The notes beneath the pieces were generated by a model that saw only the letters and a list, made by a program, of their open reading frames with translations, ran no database searches and was not told the origin of the DNA. 63,757 nt of DNA from Mollicutes bacterium (GTDB lineage: Bacteria; Bacillota_I; Bacilli_A; Izemoplasmatales; Izemoplasmataceae), in assembly GCA_003557505.1 (NCBI GenBank), contig PWOH01000029.1, forward strand, positions 1-63,757, in the 5' to 3' direction. The translations under genes and the position numbers were made by a program. Shown here piece after piece: positions 18,733-26,791 of this stretch (position 1 is the stretch's first letter; the number at the start of each line of letters is the position of its first letter).

Positions 18733-19590
18733 ATGCCTACTTATAAAGAAGTCTTAAACATTAATGAACAATATGCCCTTGATAATGGGAAAGAACCAAC
18801 AGCTATTAAGATTCTATTAATGCATTTCGCAAAGCTTTCCAATACGGATCTTGTGGCTAGTTTAGATAAAGTGATGACCCAATCAAGATACAAAAAATTC
18901 CGCGAAGCGGTCGATGAATATGTAATCCAAAATCGTCCGGTTCAACATATTACTGAACATGAATATTTTTATGGCTATGCATTTAACGTGAATGAAAATG
19001 TAATGATTCCACGTTGTGAAACTGAGGAACTTGTTTCTTACACTTTAGAGATTATTGATGATCATTTTGCCAATCATGAACGTATTAATCTTCTTGATGT
19101 GGGGACTGGATCAGGATGCTTAGCGATTGCTTTTGCTAAAGAAGAGCCCAAAGTTAAGGCCACTGCCACTGAACTTTCAGAGGAAGCCTTAGATATTGCT
19201 AGAAAAAATGCGTCTGCTTTAAATTGTGACATCGAGTTTTTACAAGGTGATCTCTTTGAACCCATCAAAGAAAGAACATTTGATGTCATTATTAGTAATC
19301 CACCATATATCCCTAACGATGAAGCACTTGAACCCATCGTAAAGGATTTTGAACCTCATCTTGCATTATTTGGCGGTCCTGATGGTTTGGATTATTACCG
19401 TAGAATATTAAAAGAGATTAAACCGCTACTCAATGAGCACTTCATTGTCGGCTTTGAACATGCTTTCAATCAATCCAAAGCCATTAAACGATTAATAAAG
19501 AAAGAATTCGCCAATGTCAGTATCATACAAAAGAAGGACATGCAAGGCAAAGATCGTATGACTATTTTTAAAAACAAAGTCATAAAATAA
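18733..19590 (+). CDS. prmC: Release-factor glutamine N5-methyltransferase PrmC/HemK
   Basis: LDVGTGSGCL SAM-binding motif and NPPY motif. ATG at 18733 sits 7 nt after AGGAG. Confidence 0.93.
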   Translation: MPTYKEVLNINEQYALDNGKEPTAIKILLMHFAKLSNTDLVASLDKVMTQSRYKKFREAVDEYVIQNRPVQHITEHEYFYGYAFNVNENVMIPRCETEELVSYTLEIIDDHFANHERINLLDVGTGSGCLAIAFAKEEPKVKATATELSEEALDIARKNASALNCDIEFLQGDLFEPIKERTFDVIISNPPYIPNDEALEPIVKDFEPHLALFGGPDGLDYYRRILKEIKPLLNEHFIVGFEHAFNQSKAIKRLIKKEFANVSIIQKKDMQGKDRMTIFKNKVIK

Positions 19591-19632
19591 ATTATATATA
19601 TTATTAATAAATATATATAGCGAAAACACTGC

Positions 19633-19661
19633 TTGACACGATAAAAAAGCGGTGCCATAAT
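19633..19661 (+). promoter_or_regulatory. SigA-type promoter of topA
   Basis: TTGACA (19633-19638), 17-nt spacer, CATAAT (19656-19661). Confidence 0.6.
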
Positions 19662-19682
19662 AACCGCAGGGAGTTGACAGCC

Positions 19683-21743
19683 ATGGATAAACTTGTCATT
19701 GTTGAGTCACCATCAAAATCGAAGACCATCAAACAGTATCTAGGGGATGATTTCGAAGTCTTGTCTTCTAAAGGACATATCCGCGATCTTGCGATCAGCA
19801 ACGTTGGTGGACTTGGTCTCGATATTGAAAATGATTTCAAGCCGCAATACACGGTCTTGAAAGACAAAAAGAAAATCATTGATACATTGATTAAAGCAGC
19901 GAAAAACGCGAATGAAATCTATCTTGCAACGGACCCTGACCGCGAAGGAGAAGCTATCAGTTGGCATCTCAAAGAAGTGTTGGAAACGGTCAAAAGCGAT
20001 AAAGATTTCCATCGTGTTATTTTTAATGAGGTTACTAAAGATGCGGTGTTGAAATCTTTTGAAGATGCCCGTGATATTGATTATAATTTAGTGTCTTCAC
20101 AAGAAACCCGTCGTATACTTGATCGCATCATTGGTTTTAAGTTATCTAAATTATTGCAAAACAAAATTAAGTCCAAATCAGCAGGCCGTGTTCAAAGTGC
20201 GGCTTTAAAAATACTGGTTGATCGCGAACGTGAAATTGATGCGTTTATCAGTGAAGAGTACTGGAAAATCTTGGCTGAGTTTGAAGCATTTGAAGCTGAA
20301 TTAATTAAACTCAGTGGTCGTAAACCTAAACTTGGTGATGAACAAGCTGCGCAAAAAGTATTAGATGGACTCGATGAAACATTTAGTGTAGAATCGTTAA
20401 AAAAACGTGAGCGCCGTCGTGCGGCGAAAGCACCGTTTACAACCTCTACCTTACAACAGGAAGCCTCACACAAACTCAACTATACTGGACAGCGTACGAT
20501 GATGATTGCGCAACGCCTTTATGAAGGAATTGACCTTGACAATGAAACAGTTGGTTTGATTACTTATATGCGTACCGATTCTACAAGAATGTCTCAAGCC
20601 TTCATGAATCCGGCCAAGTCATATATTGAAAAAGAATACGGGAAACGATATTTGGGCTCACAACGTAAACAGCAAACTGTTAAAAACATGCAAGATGCCC
20701 ATGAGGCCATTCGCCCGACTAACATCAATCACCATCCGGATAAGATTCGTCGTCATCTTTCCCGAGATGAACACCGTCTTTATACGATGATTTACTATCG
20801 TGCCATTGCCTCTATGATGGCCCCAGCAAAATTCTCTAATACCACATTGAACTTAAAAAATAATAACACTATATTCCGCGCCAAAGCGCAAGAACTTGTT
20901 TTTGATGGGTATCTTAAGGCTTATGGTAAATATGAAAGTGTTGAAACTTCAGATTTACCGGAATTAAAAACCGGTGATACGCTTAAAGCGAAAAAAATTG
21001 AGAAGTCCCAACATTTTACGAAACCACCAGCGCGTTACACAGAAGCTAAACTGATCAAAGAAATGGAAGAGTTAGGCATTGGTCGTCCGTCGACTTATTC
21101 ACAAACCATTGCGACCCTTAAGAAGCGTAAGTACGTAAATCTTGAGGAAAAGAAGTTTGTGCCGAGTGAACAAGGTCGCTTAACCATTGAAAAGTTAGAA
21201 GGCTTCTTTGAACAAATCGTCAGTGTCGATTACACGGCCAAAATGGAAAATATCCTTGATGATATTGCGAGTGATAAAGCAGAACAAAACAATGTTGTTC
21301 GTGATTTTTACAATACATTTATTCCACTAGTCGATAAAGCTAACCAGGAAATGGAAAAAATTGCCCCAAAAACAACCGGTGAACAATGTCCGAAATGTGG
21401 ATCTGATATGGTTTACCGTGAATCACGTTACGGAACATTTGAAGCGTGTAGTGCATATCCTGATTGTAAATACATCAAACCTCAAGAAGATAAAGCAGAA
21501 CCTGAGAATACGGAAATCACTTGTCCTAAATGTAAAAAAGGTGAAATTGTTAAACGCGAAGCGAAACGTGGACGCAATAAAGGCAACACTTTTTACGCGT
21601 GTAACAACTATCCTAAATGTAAAAATATCCTCAAAGGGAAGCCAACCGGAGAGATGTGTGAGACACATGACGATCTGTTGGTAGAACTCAAAGATGGCAC
21701 CATTGAGTGCAATTCATTACCTGAGGAAACCAAAGAAAAATAA
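19683..21743 (+). CDS. topA: DNA topoisomerase I
   Basis: Toprim N-terminus KLVIVESPSKSKTI. Two complete C-terminal Cys4 zinc ribbons (CPKC..C..C). ATG at 19683. The ORF track starts at an in-frame TTG at 19674. Confidence 0.96.
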   Translation: MDKLVIVESPSKSKTIKQYLGDDFEVLSSKGHIRDLAISNVGGLGLDIENDFKPQYTVLKDKKKIIDTLIKAAKNANEIYLATDPDREGEAISWHLKEVLETVKSDKDFHRVIFNEVTKDAVLKSFEDARDIDYNLVSSQETRRILDRIIGFKLSKLLQNKIKSKSAGRVQSAALKILVDREREIDAFISEEYWKILAEFEAFEAELIKLSGRKPKLGDEQAAQKVLDGLDETFSVESLKKRERRRAAKAPFTTSTLQQEASHKLNYTGQRTMMIAQRLYEGIDLDNETVGLITYMRTDSTRMSQAFMNPAKSYIEKEYGKRYLGSQRKQQTVKNMQDAHEAIRPTNINHHPDKIRRHLSRDEHRLYTMIYYRAIASMMAPAKFSNTTLNLKNNNTIFRAKAQELVFDGYLKAYGKYESVETSDLPELKTGDTLKAKKIEKSQHFTKPPARYTEAKLIKEMEELGIGRPSTYSQTIATLKKRKYVNLEEKKFVPSEQGRLTIEKLEGFFEQIVSVDYTAKMENILDDIASDKAEQNNVVRDFYNTFIPLVDKANQEMEKIAPKTTGEQCPKCGSDMVYRESRYGTFEACSAYPDCKYIKPQEDKAEPENTEITCPKCKKGEIVKREAKRGRNKGNTFYACNNYPKCKNILKGKPTGEMCETHDDLLVELKDGTIECNSLPEETKEK

Positions 21744-21756
21744 TAAAAAGAACGCC

Positions 21757-21785
21757 TTGACATATTTTTAGGGTCGTGTTATTAT
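21757..21785 (+). promoter_or_regulatory. Strong SigA promoter in the topA-ftsY spacer
   Basis: TTGACA (21757-21762), 17-nt spacer, TATTAT (21780-21785), preceded by TG at 21777-21778 (extended -10). Confidence 0.6.
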
Positions 21786-21790
21786 TTAAA

Positions 21791-21892
21791 TGCAGCTGAG
21801 AAGTTGCACTTATCCCTTACATAGCATGGTGAATATTCATTTATTCACACATCCCCTTCCTTAATCCGCCGCGAGGCGGATTTTCCCTTTTT
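21791..21892 (+). ncRNA. Candidate ~100-nt small RNA with two C-rich single-stranded motifs
   Basis: Bounded by the promoter above and by the terminator AATCCGCC-gcga-GGCGGATT + T runs (21863-21892). Internal hairpins at 21791-21808 and 21829-21848. C-rich stretches UAUCCCUUAC (21811-21820) and AUCCCCUUCCUU (21851-21862). No ORF with an RBS. ftsY has its own TGnTATAAT -10 at 21926-21934. Confidence 0.4.
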
Positions 21893-21964
21893 ATAGGGTT
21901 TTTTATTTTTATAGAGACACTCTTGTGTTATAATACCTTTGAAAAAAATAAGGATGTGGCAAAT

Positions 21965-22930
21965 ATGGGCTTCATAAAAAAGTTGTTTCAAACCAAAAAA
22001 CGCCGCGAAAAAGCGCAAAAATATAAAATTGGGATGGAAAAGACTCGTCAAAACGTCTTCAATCAACTCAATGACCTTCTAAAAAGCGGTCAAAAAATTG
22101 ATGAAGATCTTTTCGAAGCAATTGAAGAAGTATTTATCATGGCTGATATCGGCGTAGATACAGTCTTAAAACTGGTTAATCACTTACGCGAAACCGTAGA
22201 AGTTAAAAAACTGGAAGATGCGGAAGCATTAAAAGAGATTATTGTGGAAGAGATGTTTAAGCGTTATGTTCAAGAAGAAATCGTCGATACTAATCTCAAT
22301 GTCGAAGATGATCTGAATGTGTTGCTTTTTGTGGGTGTCAACGGTGTTGGAAAAACAACCACCATTGGGAAAGTTGCCCATTTGTTAATGCAAGAAGATA
22401 AAAAAGTACTGATGGTTGCAGGGGATACATTTCGTGCCGGCGCTATCAATCAACTACGTATATGGAGTGAAAGAGTCGGTTGTGACTTTTTTGAAAAACC
22501 GCAAGGTTCTGACCCTTCAAGTGTGATGTTTGATGCGATTCAATATGCAAAGGCAAATGATATTGATGTGTTATTGTGTGATACGGCCGGACGCCTTCAA
22601 AATAAACAAAATCTCATGAATGAACTTCAAAAAATTCATCGCGTGATTGGCCGTGAAATTGAAGGTGCGCCACAAGAGACATTGCTGGTTCTTGATGCAA
22701 CAACCGGGCAAAATGGTCTGTCACAGGCGAAAATTTTTAATGAAGTCACGCATTTAAGTGGGGTTGTACTCACTAAACTAGATGGGACCGCAAAAGGTGG
22801 GATTGCCTTGGCGATTAAGGAGACTATCGGTATTCCAGTCAAGATGATTGGACTCGGTGAGAAATTAGAAGACTTGGAGTATTTTGATATTGAAGAATAT
22901 ATTTACGGTCTGTTTTCGGATGTGATATAA
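21965..22930 (+). CDS. ftsY: Signal recognition particle receptor FtsY
   Basis: Begins MGFIKKLFQ. NG domain with GVNGVGKTTT, DTAGR and TKLD motifs. Confidence 0.96.
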   Translation: MGFIKKLFQTKKRREKAQKYKIGMEKTRQNVFNQLNDLLKSGQKIDEDLFEAIEEVFIMADIGVDTVLKLVNHLRETVEVKKLEDAEALKEIIVEEMFKRYVQEEIVDTNLNVEDDLNVLLFVGVNGVGKTTTIGKVAHLLMQEDKKVLMVAGDTFRAGAINQLRIWSERVGCDFFEKPQGSDPSSVMFDAIQYAKANDIDVLLCDTAGRLQNKQNLMNELQKIHRVIGREIEGAPQETLLVLDATTGQNGLSQAKIFNEVTHLSGVVLTKLDGTAKGGIALAIKETIGIPVKMIGLGEKLEDLEYFDIEEYIYGLFSDVI

Positions 22931-23254
22931 ATGGATAAATTAGAAAAACATCACCATATCAATATGTTGTTTGCGTACTACGGAAGTCTTTTGACAGACA
23001 AACAACGTAGTATCATGCATTATTATTTTGAAGAAAACTTTACCTTGGCTGAAATCGCTGATAATGCTGGTATTTCACGGAATGCCGTACATGACCAAAT
23101 ACAAAAAACGATTAAGAAACTCGAAGATTACGAAGCGAATCTCGCGTTGCTAAAAAAAAGTGAAAAACGTCAAGATATTATCGAATCTCTCAAAGAAAAG
23201 ACAAGTGATGAAGCGACACTTGCCTTGATTGAATCATTGGAAAAGGTGGATTAA
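22931..23254 (+). CDS. ylxM: YlxM/UPF0122 putative HTH protein of the SRP operon
   Basis: 107 aa. Contains LFAYYGSLLTDKQRSIMHYYFEENFTLAEIA. Lies in the conserved position between ftsY and ffh. Confidence 0.9.
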   Translation: MDKLEKHHHINMLFAYYGSLLTDKQRSIMHYYFEENFTLAEIADNAGISRNAVHDQIQKTIKKLEDYEANLALLKKSEKRQDIIESLKEKTSDEATLALIESLEKVD

Positions 23255-23255
23255 T

Positions 23256-24668
23256 ATGGCATTTGATCAGTTATCCGATCGCATGCAAATGGCCTTGCGC
23301 CGTGTGCGCGGAAAAGCACGTTTAACCGAAAAAGATATTGATGAAATGATGCGTGAAGTTAGACTGAGTCTTCTTGAGGCGGATGTTAACTTCAAAGTTG
23401 TCAAAAACTTTACGAAAGATATTAAAGAAAAAGCCAAAGGCGATAAAATTCTTAAAGGACTGAATCCTTCTCAACAAGTTGTTAAAGTCGTTCATGAAGA
23501 ACTCAAGGAACTGCTGGGTGGAGAGACCTCTGTCTTTACATTGGATAAGTCCAAACGGACAACGATTATGCTGTGTGGACTGCAAGGTAGCGGGAAAACA
23601 ACCACTGCCGGAAAACTGGCAAAATACCTAAAAGAAAAAGAAAGTACCAATCCCCTGCTCGTCGCTTTAGACGTATACAGACCAGCGGCTGTTGATCAGT
23701 TGATTACACTAGGGGAACAACTCAACATTCCTGTCTTTGAACGTGGCATCGATGACAAGCCGGAAAACATTGCCAAAGACTCATTGGTTTATGCCGAGGA
23801 GAATGGCCATGACGTTGTGATTTTTGATACAGCAGGTCGTTTACATATCGATGAGACCCTAATGGGTGAATTGCAACGGATTAAAGATACAATCACACCA
23901 GATGAAATCCTACTTGTGCTTGATGCAATGACCGGTCAGGACGCTGTGAGTGTTGCTGAGCATTTCCATCAATCCTTGAGCATCACCGGAAGCATCATCA
24001 CAAAACTCGATGGTGATACACGTGGTGGAGCTGCACTCTCATTAAGAAAAGTCACGGATGTGCCTATCAAATTCATGGGACTTGGTGAGAAACTCGATGC
24101 CATTGAAGTGTTTCATCCTGAGCGTATGGCCAGTCGTATTCTTGGTATGGGTGATGTGCTCACTTTAATTGACAAAGTCCAAGAAAATGTCGATGAAGAT
24201 GACATGATGAATATGATGGAAAAAATGATGTCTGGCAAGTTTAATTTTAATGACTATTTAAAGCAACTAAAAATGATAAAACGGATGGGCTCACTGGGTA
24301 GTCTCATGAAGATGATTCCCGGTGCGGGAAAAATGATGAAGAACGCTGACTTGGACGATAAGAAGCTCGTTTATATCGAAACCTTGATTGGTGGTATGAC
24401 AAAAGCGGAACGCAAGAACCCAGAGTTGATTAAGAAGAGTTCTTCAAGACGCCGTCGTATTGCGAATGGTTCTGGCCGTAGTGTTGCAGAGGTGAATCGT
24501 CTGATTCAAACGCTTGATCAACAAGCACAAGCGGTGAAAAAAATGGGGACAATGGACCCTAGCAAACTTGATCCTAAGAACCCCATGAAAGGGATGCAAG
24601 GATTACAACAACCGCAAAAACAAGGTAAAAAAGGAAAAGGGAAAGGAAAAGGAGGATTTAGGTTTTAG
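23256..24668 (+). CDS. ffh: Signal recognition particle protein Ffh
   Basis: Begins MAFDQLSDRMQ. GLQGSGKTTT motif. Met-rich M domain. Lys/Gly-rich tail. Confidence 0.97.
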   Translation: MAFDQLSDRMQMALRRVRGKARLTEKDIDEMMREVRLSLLEADVNFKVVKNFTKDIKEKAKGDKILKGLNPSQQVVKVVHEELKELLGGETSVFTLDKSKRTTIMLCGLQGSGKTTTAGKLAKYLKEKESTNPLLVALDVYRPAAVDQLITLGEQLNIPVFERGIDDKPENIAKDSLVYAEENGHDVVIFDTAGRLHIDETLMGELQRIKDTITPDEILLVLDAMTGQDAVSVAEHFHQSLSITGSIITKLDGDTRGGAALSLRKVTDVPIKFMGLGEKLDAIEVFHPERMASRILGMGDVLTLIDKVQENVDEDDMMNMMEKMMSGKFNFNDYLKQLKMIKRMGSLGSLMKMIPGAGKMMKNADLDDKKLVYIETLIGGMTKAERKNPELIKKSSSRRRRIANGSGRSVAEVNRLIQTLDQQAQAVKKMGTMDPSKLDPKNPMKGMQGLQQPQKQGKKGKGKGKGGFRF

Positions 24669-24686
24669 CCTAATCCTCCTTTTTAT
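24646..24686. terminator. Bidirectional terminator shared by ffh and the convergent Cof-type gene
   Basis: AGGAGGATT(T)AGG-ttttag-CCTAATCCTCCT hairpin flanked by A and T runs. The 5' arm encodes the last ffh codons. Confidence 0.75.
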
Positions 24687-25498
24687 TTGAAATATTTCTT
24701 TAAAAACTTTTCAATGCCGTTTTCCTGGTTGGTATGTGGTAAACGGACATCGGCAACTTCTAAAAGTTGTGCTCTAGCATTTTTCATCGCCACGCCTTTA
24801 CCAGCAAACTCAAGCATTTCGACATCGTTGTCACCATCACCAAAAGCGATAATGTTTTCTCGTTTGATGCTCAAGGTGTCAGCAACATGTTTGATAGCGA
24901 GTCCTTTATTGGTTTTTGGGGTATAGAGTTCTATAATGAATTTATGTTCGTTCCCCCAGTTTCTAGTCAGTAATTTATCGGGATAAGTCCTAGCAACATA
25001 TTCTTCAATAAGGTGCCCTTGTCCTTCATTTGCGACAATAATAAATCCATTGGTGCCTTGGTCTTGAGGAAGAGTTTCTTCAAAAGGACCGGTATATAAT
25101 TGTGCTCCGTTAAAATAATGAAGCATATCTTCGATTTCTTCAGTTCTTTTAATCAAATAAATGTCATCACGGATTTCGCAAAAAGCGTTGTCGATATAAT
25201 CGGCATTCTTTTTGAAAATATCGATCACCGCATCACGATCAACGACAATGTTGACTTCTTCAAAATCAGGGTTATTGCGCCACGTAATTAAACCCCCGTT
25301 ATAATTGATAAGCGGGGTGTCTAATTCAAGTTCGTCGTAAAAGCGAATGCTGCTTCGGTAAGGACGCCCAGTCGCTATAACCAGCTCATGTCCTTGTGCT
25401 TTGAGTTTTTTAAGATATTCTTTAGTCTCTTCTTTAAGGGTGGCCCAGTCATAAAGTAAAGTTCCATCCAAATCGAGCGCTATTAAATGTTTTTCCAT
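24683..25498 (-). CDS. Cof-type HAD-IIB sugar phosphatase
   Basis: Begins MEKHLIALDLDGTLL (DxDGT motif). Late GDGDND motif. Confidence 0.9.
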   Translation of the reverse strand: MEKHLIALDLDGTLLYDWATLKEETKEYLKKLKAQGHELVIATGRPYRSSIRFYDELELDTPLINYNGGLITWRNNPDFEEVNIVVDRDAVIDIFKKNADYIDNAFCEIRDDIYLIKRTEEIEDMLHYFNGAQLYTGPFEETLPQDQGTNGFIIVANEGQGHLIEEYVARTYPDKLLTRNWGNEHKFIIELYTPKTNKGLAIKHVADTLSIKRENIIAFGDGDNDVEMLEFAGKGVAMKNARAQLLEVADVRLPHTNQENGIEKFLKKYFK

Positions 25499-25716
25499 AA
25501 TTATCACCACGCAATATTATCGCACAAACCGGAGTTAAAGGCAAATGTTGGTTTTCAAGTTACACTGTCAACCTTAAATTATTGCAAAACCCTACACTAG
25601 TCATAAGGAATTGTTGCCGACAAACCCTGTGTATTTATGGTATAATGTTAAGAGATACTTAAAGAAACAACAAGACACTCTCGTACGGACAAAGCGAGTG
25701 AAAACTGGGTGATAAT

Positions 25717-26466
25717 ATGATTGAAATTTCGTTTGGTGGCTTTATTAATTTTCTACTAGGAATCTTTTCAGGGTTTGTCCTGTTTACTGTCACCTATATA
25801 TACTTCATTGTTCGAGGGAAAAATCTTGATATGGAATCTATTACTGGAACAGTAGAAGATGTAGACCAAGAGGAATTGCAAGCGCTGATTATCGATAAAC
25901 AAAACCTTTTTAAAAAGAAATATAAAAACCATGATAAAGGTCTTGGAAAAACTGTTTTTGACCTTTCTTACGAGTTGGTCGAAGAAATATCGGGATATTA
26001 TTATCCTGATTCGAAGTATCCAATGCTCGAACTTTCTGTCGATGAAATGATTGACCTCACGCATTATATTACAGAACGTATTGATAAAATACTTGAACAG
26101 CCACTGCTTAAAAACACAAGAAATGTCAGAGTGACAAGAATTGTCACGTTATTTGAAAAGAAAAAGCAAATCGAGGACAAAAAGATTGTCAAAGCAATGC
26201 GTAATAAAAATGTCAATCGCGCTGTCAAAGCGACACTGGGCGCAATTAATGTTTTCAATCCCGCTTACTGGTTCCGAAAACTTGTTGTTAATACCAGTGT
26301 AGATTTTATCACAAAACGGGTTGCTTTAATGATCATTGGCGTTGTTGGTGAGGAAACTTCGAAGATTTATTCTAAGAAGCTCTTTGATAAAGATATCGAG
26401 TTTGACTTGGTTGAAAAAGAACTGCAGGCACTTGAACGTGGGACTGAAGATAATGAAGACGATTGA
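25717..26466 (+). CDS. Membrane-anchored hypothetical protein
   Basis: 249 aa. One N-terminal TM helix, charged coiled regions, acidic C-terminus. GGGTGA RBS. TGgTATAAT at 25638-25646. Confidence 0.65.
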   Translation: MIEISFGGFINFLLGIFSGFVLFTVTYIYFIVRGKNLDMESITGTVEDVDQEELQALIIDKQNLFKKKYKNHDKGLGKTVFDLSYELVEEISGYYYPDSKYPMLELSVDEMIDLTHYITERIDKILEQPLLKNTRNVRVTRIVTLFEKKKQIEDKKIVKAMRNKNVNRAVKATLGAINVFNPAYWFRKLVVNTSVDFITKRVALMIIGVVGEETSKIYSKKLFDKDIEFDLVEKELQALERGTEDNEDD

Positions 26467-26788
26467 TTCTATTCAAACATTTGAATCAATTGTCACTACA
26501 CACAACGTCGTTGTGGTAATCTTCAGTAGTGATGTATGTCCGGACTGTATGTATTTAGAAACCTTTATCGGGCGCATTGAAGAGAAATATCCCTCTCTTG
26601 TTTTTGGTCTCATTAAACGCGATGTCTTGCCTGAAGTTTTTACTCACTACAATATTTATGGTGTACCTTCACTATACGTATATAAAAACGGGGAAATTAT
26701 TGGACAGTATGTTGATAAAAAGCGTAAGACTTTTGAACAAGTTGATCGCTTTTTAAGTCAAACATTGTCATTGAAGGGAGAACGATGA
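26453..26788 (+). CDS. Thioredoxin-fold protein (CPDC active site)
   Basis: 111 aa. Contains VVVIFSSDVCPDCMYLE...YGVPSLYVYKNGE. The ATG overlaps the upstream gene by 14 nt. Confidence 0.8.
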   Translation: MKTIDSIQTFESIVTTHNVVVVIFSSDVCPDCMYLETFIGRIEEKYPSLVFGLIKRDVLPEVFTHYNIYGVPSLYVYKNGEIIGQYVDKKRKTFEQVDRFLSQTLSLKGER

Positions 26789-26791
26789 TTC

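Noticed and set aside
19593-19619. AT-only inverted repeat TATATATATT-ATTAAT-AAATATATATA between prmC and topA, considered as a dif/Xer site or operator
   Set aside because: It lacks the conserved XerD-arm sequence (TTATGTAAA/TTATGTTAAAT type) of Firmicute and E. coli dif sites. It is pure AT, so it is most simply a weak hairpin or curved DNA upstream of the topA promoter.
21826-21864. 12-codon ORF (MVNIHLFTHPLP) inside the candidate sRNA, considered as a leader peptide
   Set aside because: There is no SD upstream. The ATG lies just 5' of the hairpin stem at 21829-21848, and the second codon (GTG) is within the stem. There is no run of regulatory codons. A non-coding RNA is the simpler reading.
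21790-21892. Possibility that the topA-ftsY spacer RNA is the SRP (4.5S/scRNA) RNA, given the adjacent ftsY-ylxM-ffh genes
   Set aside because: I could not find the conserved domain IV features (GGAA tetraloop flanked by the AGCA/GA symmetric-loop motifs) on either strand.
21845-22066. 73-aa minus-strand ORF across the sRNA terminator and the ftsY start
   Set aside because: It runs antisense through a terminator, a promoter and the conserved FtsY N-terminus. It has no RBS.
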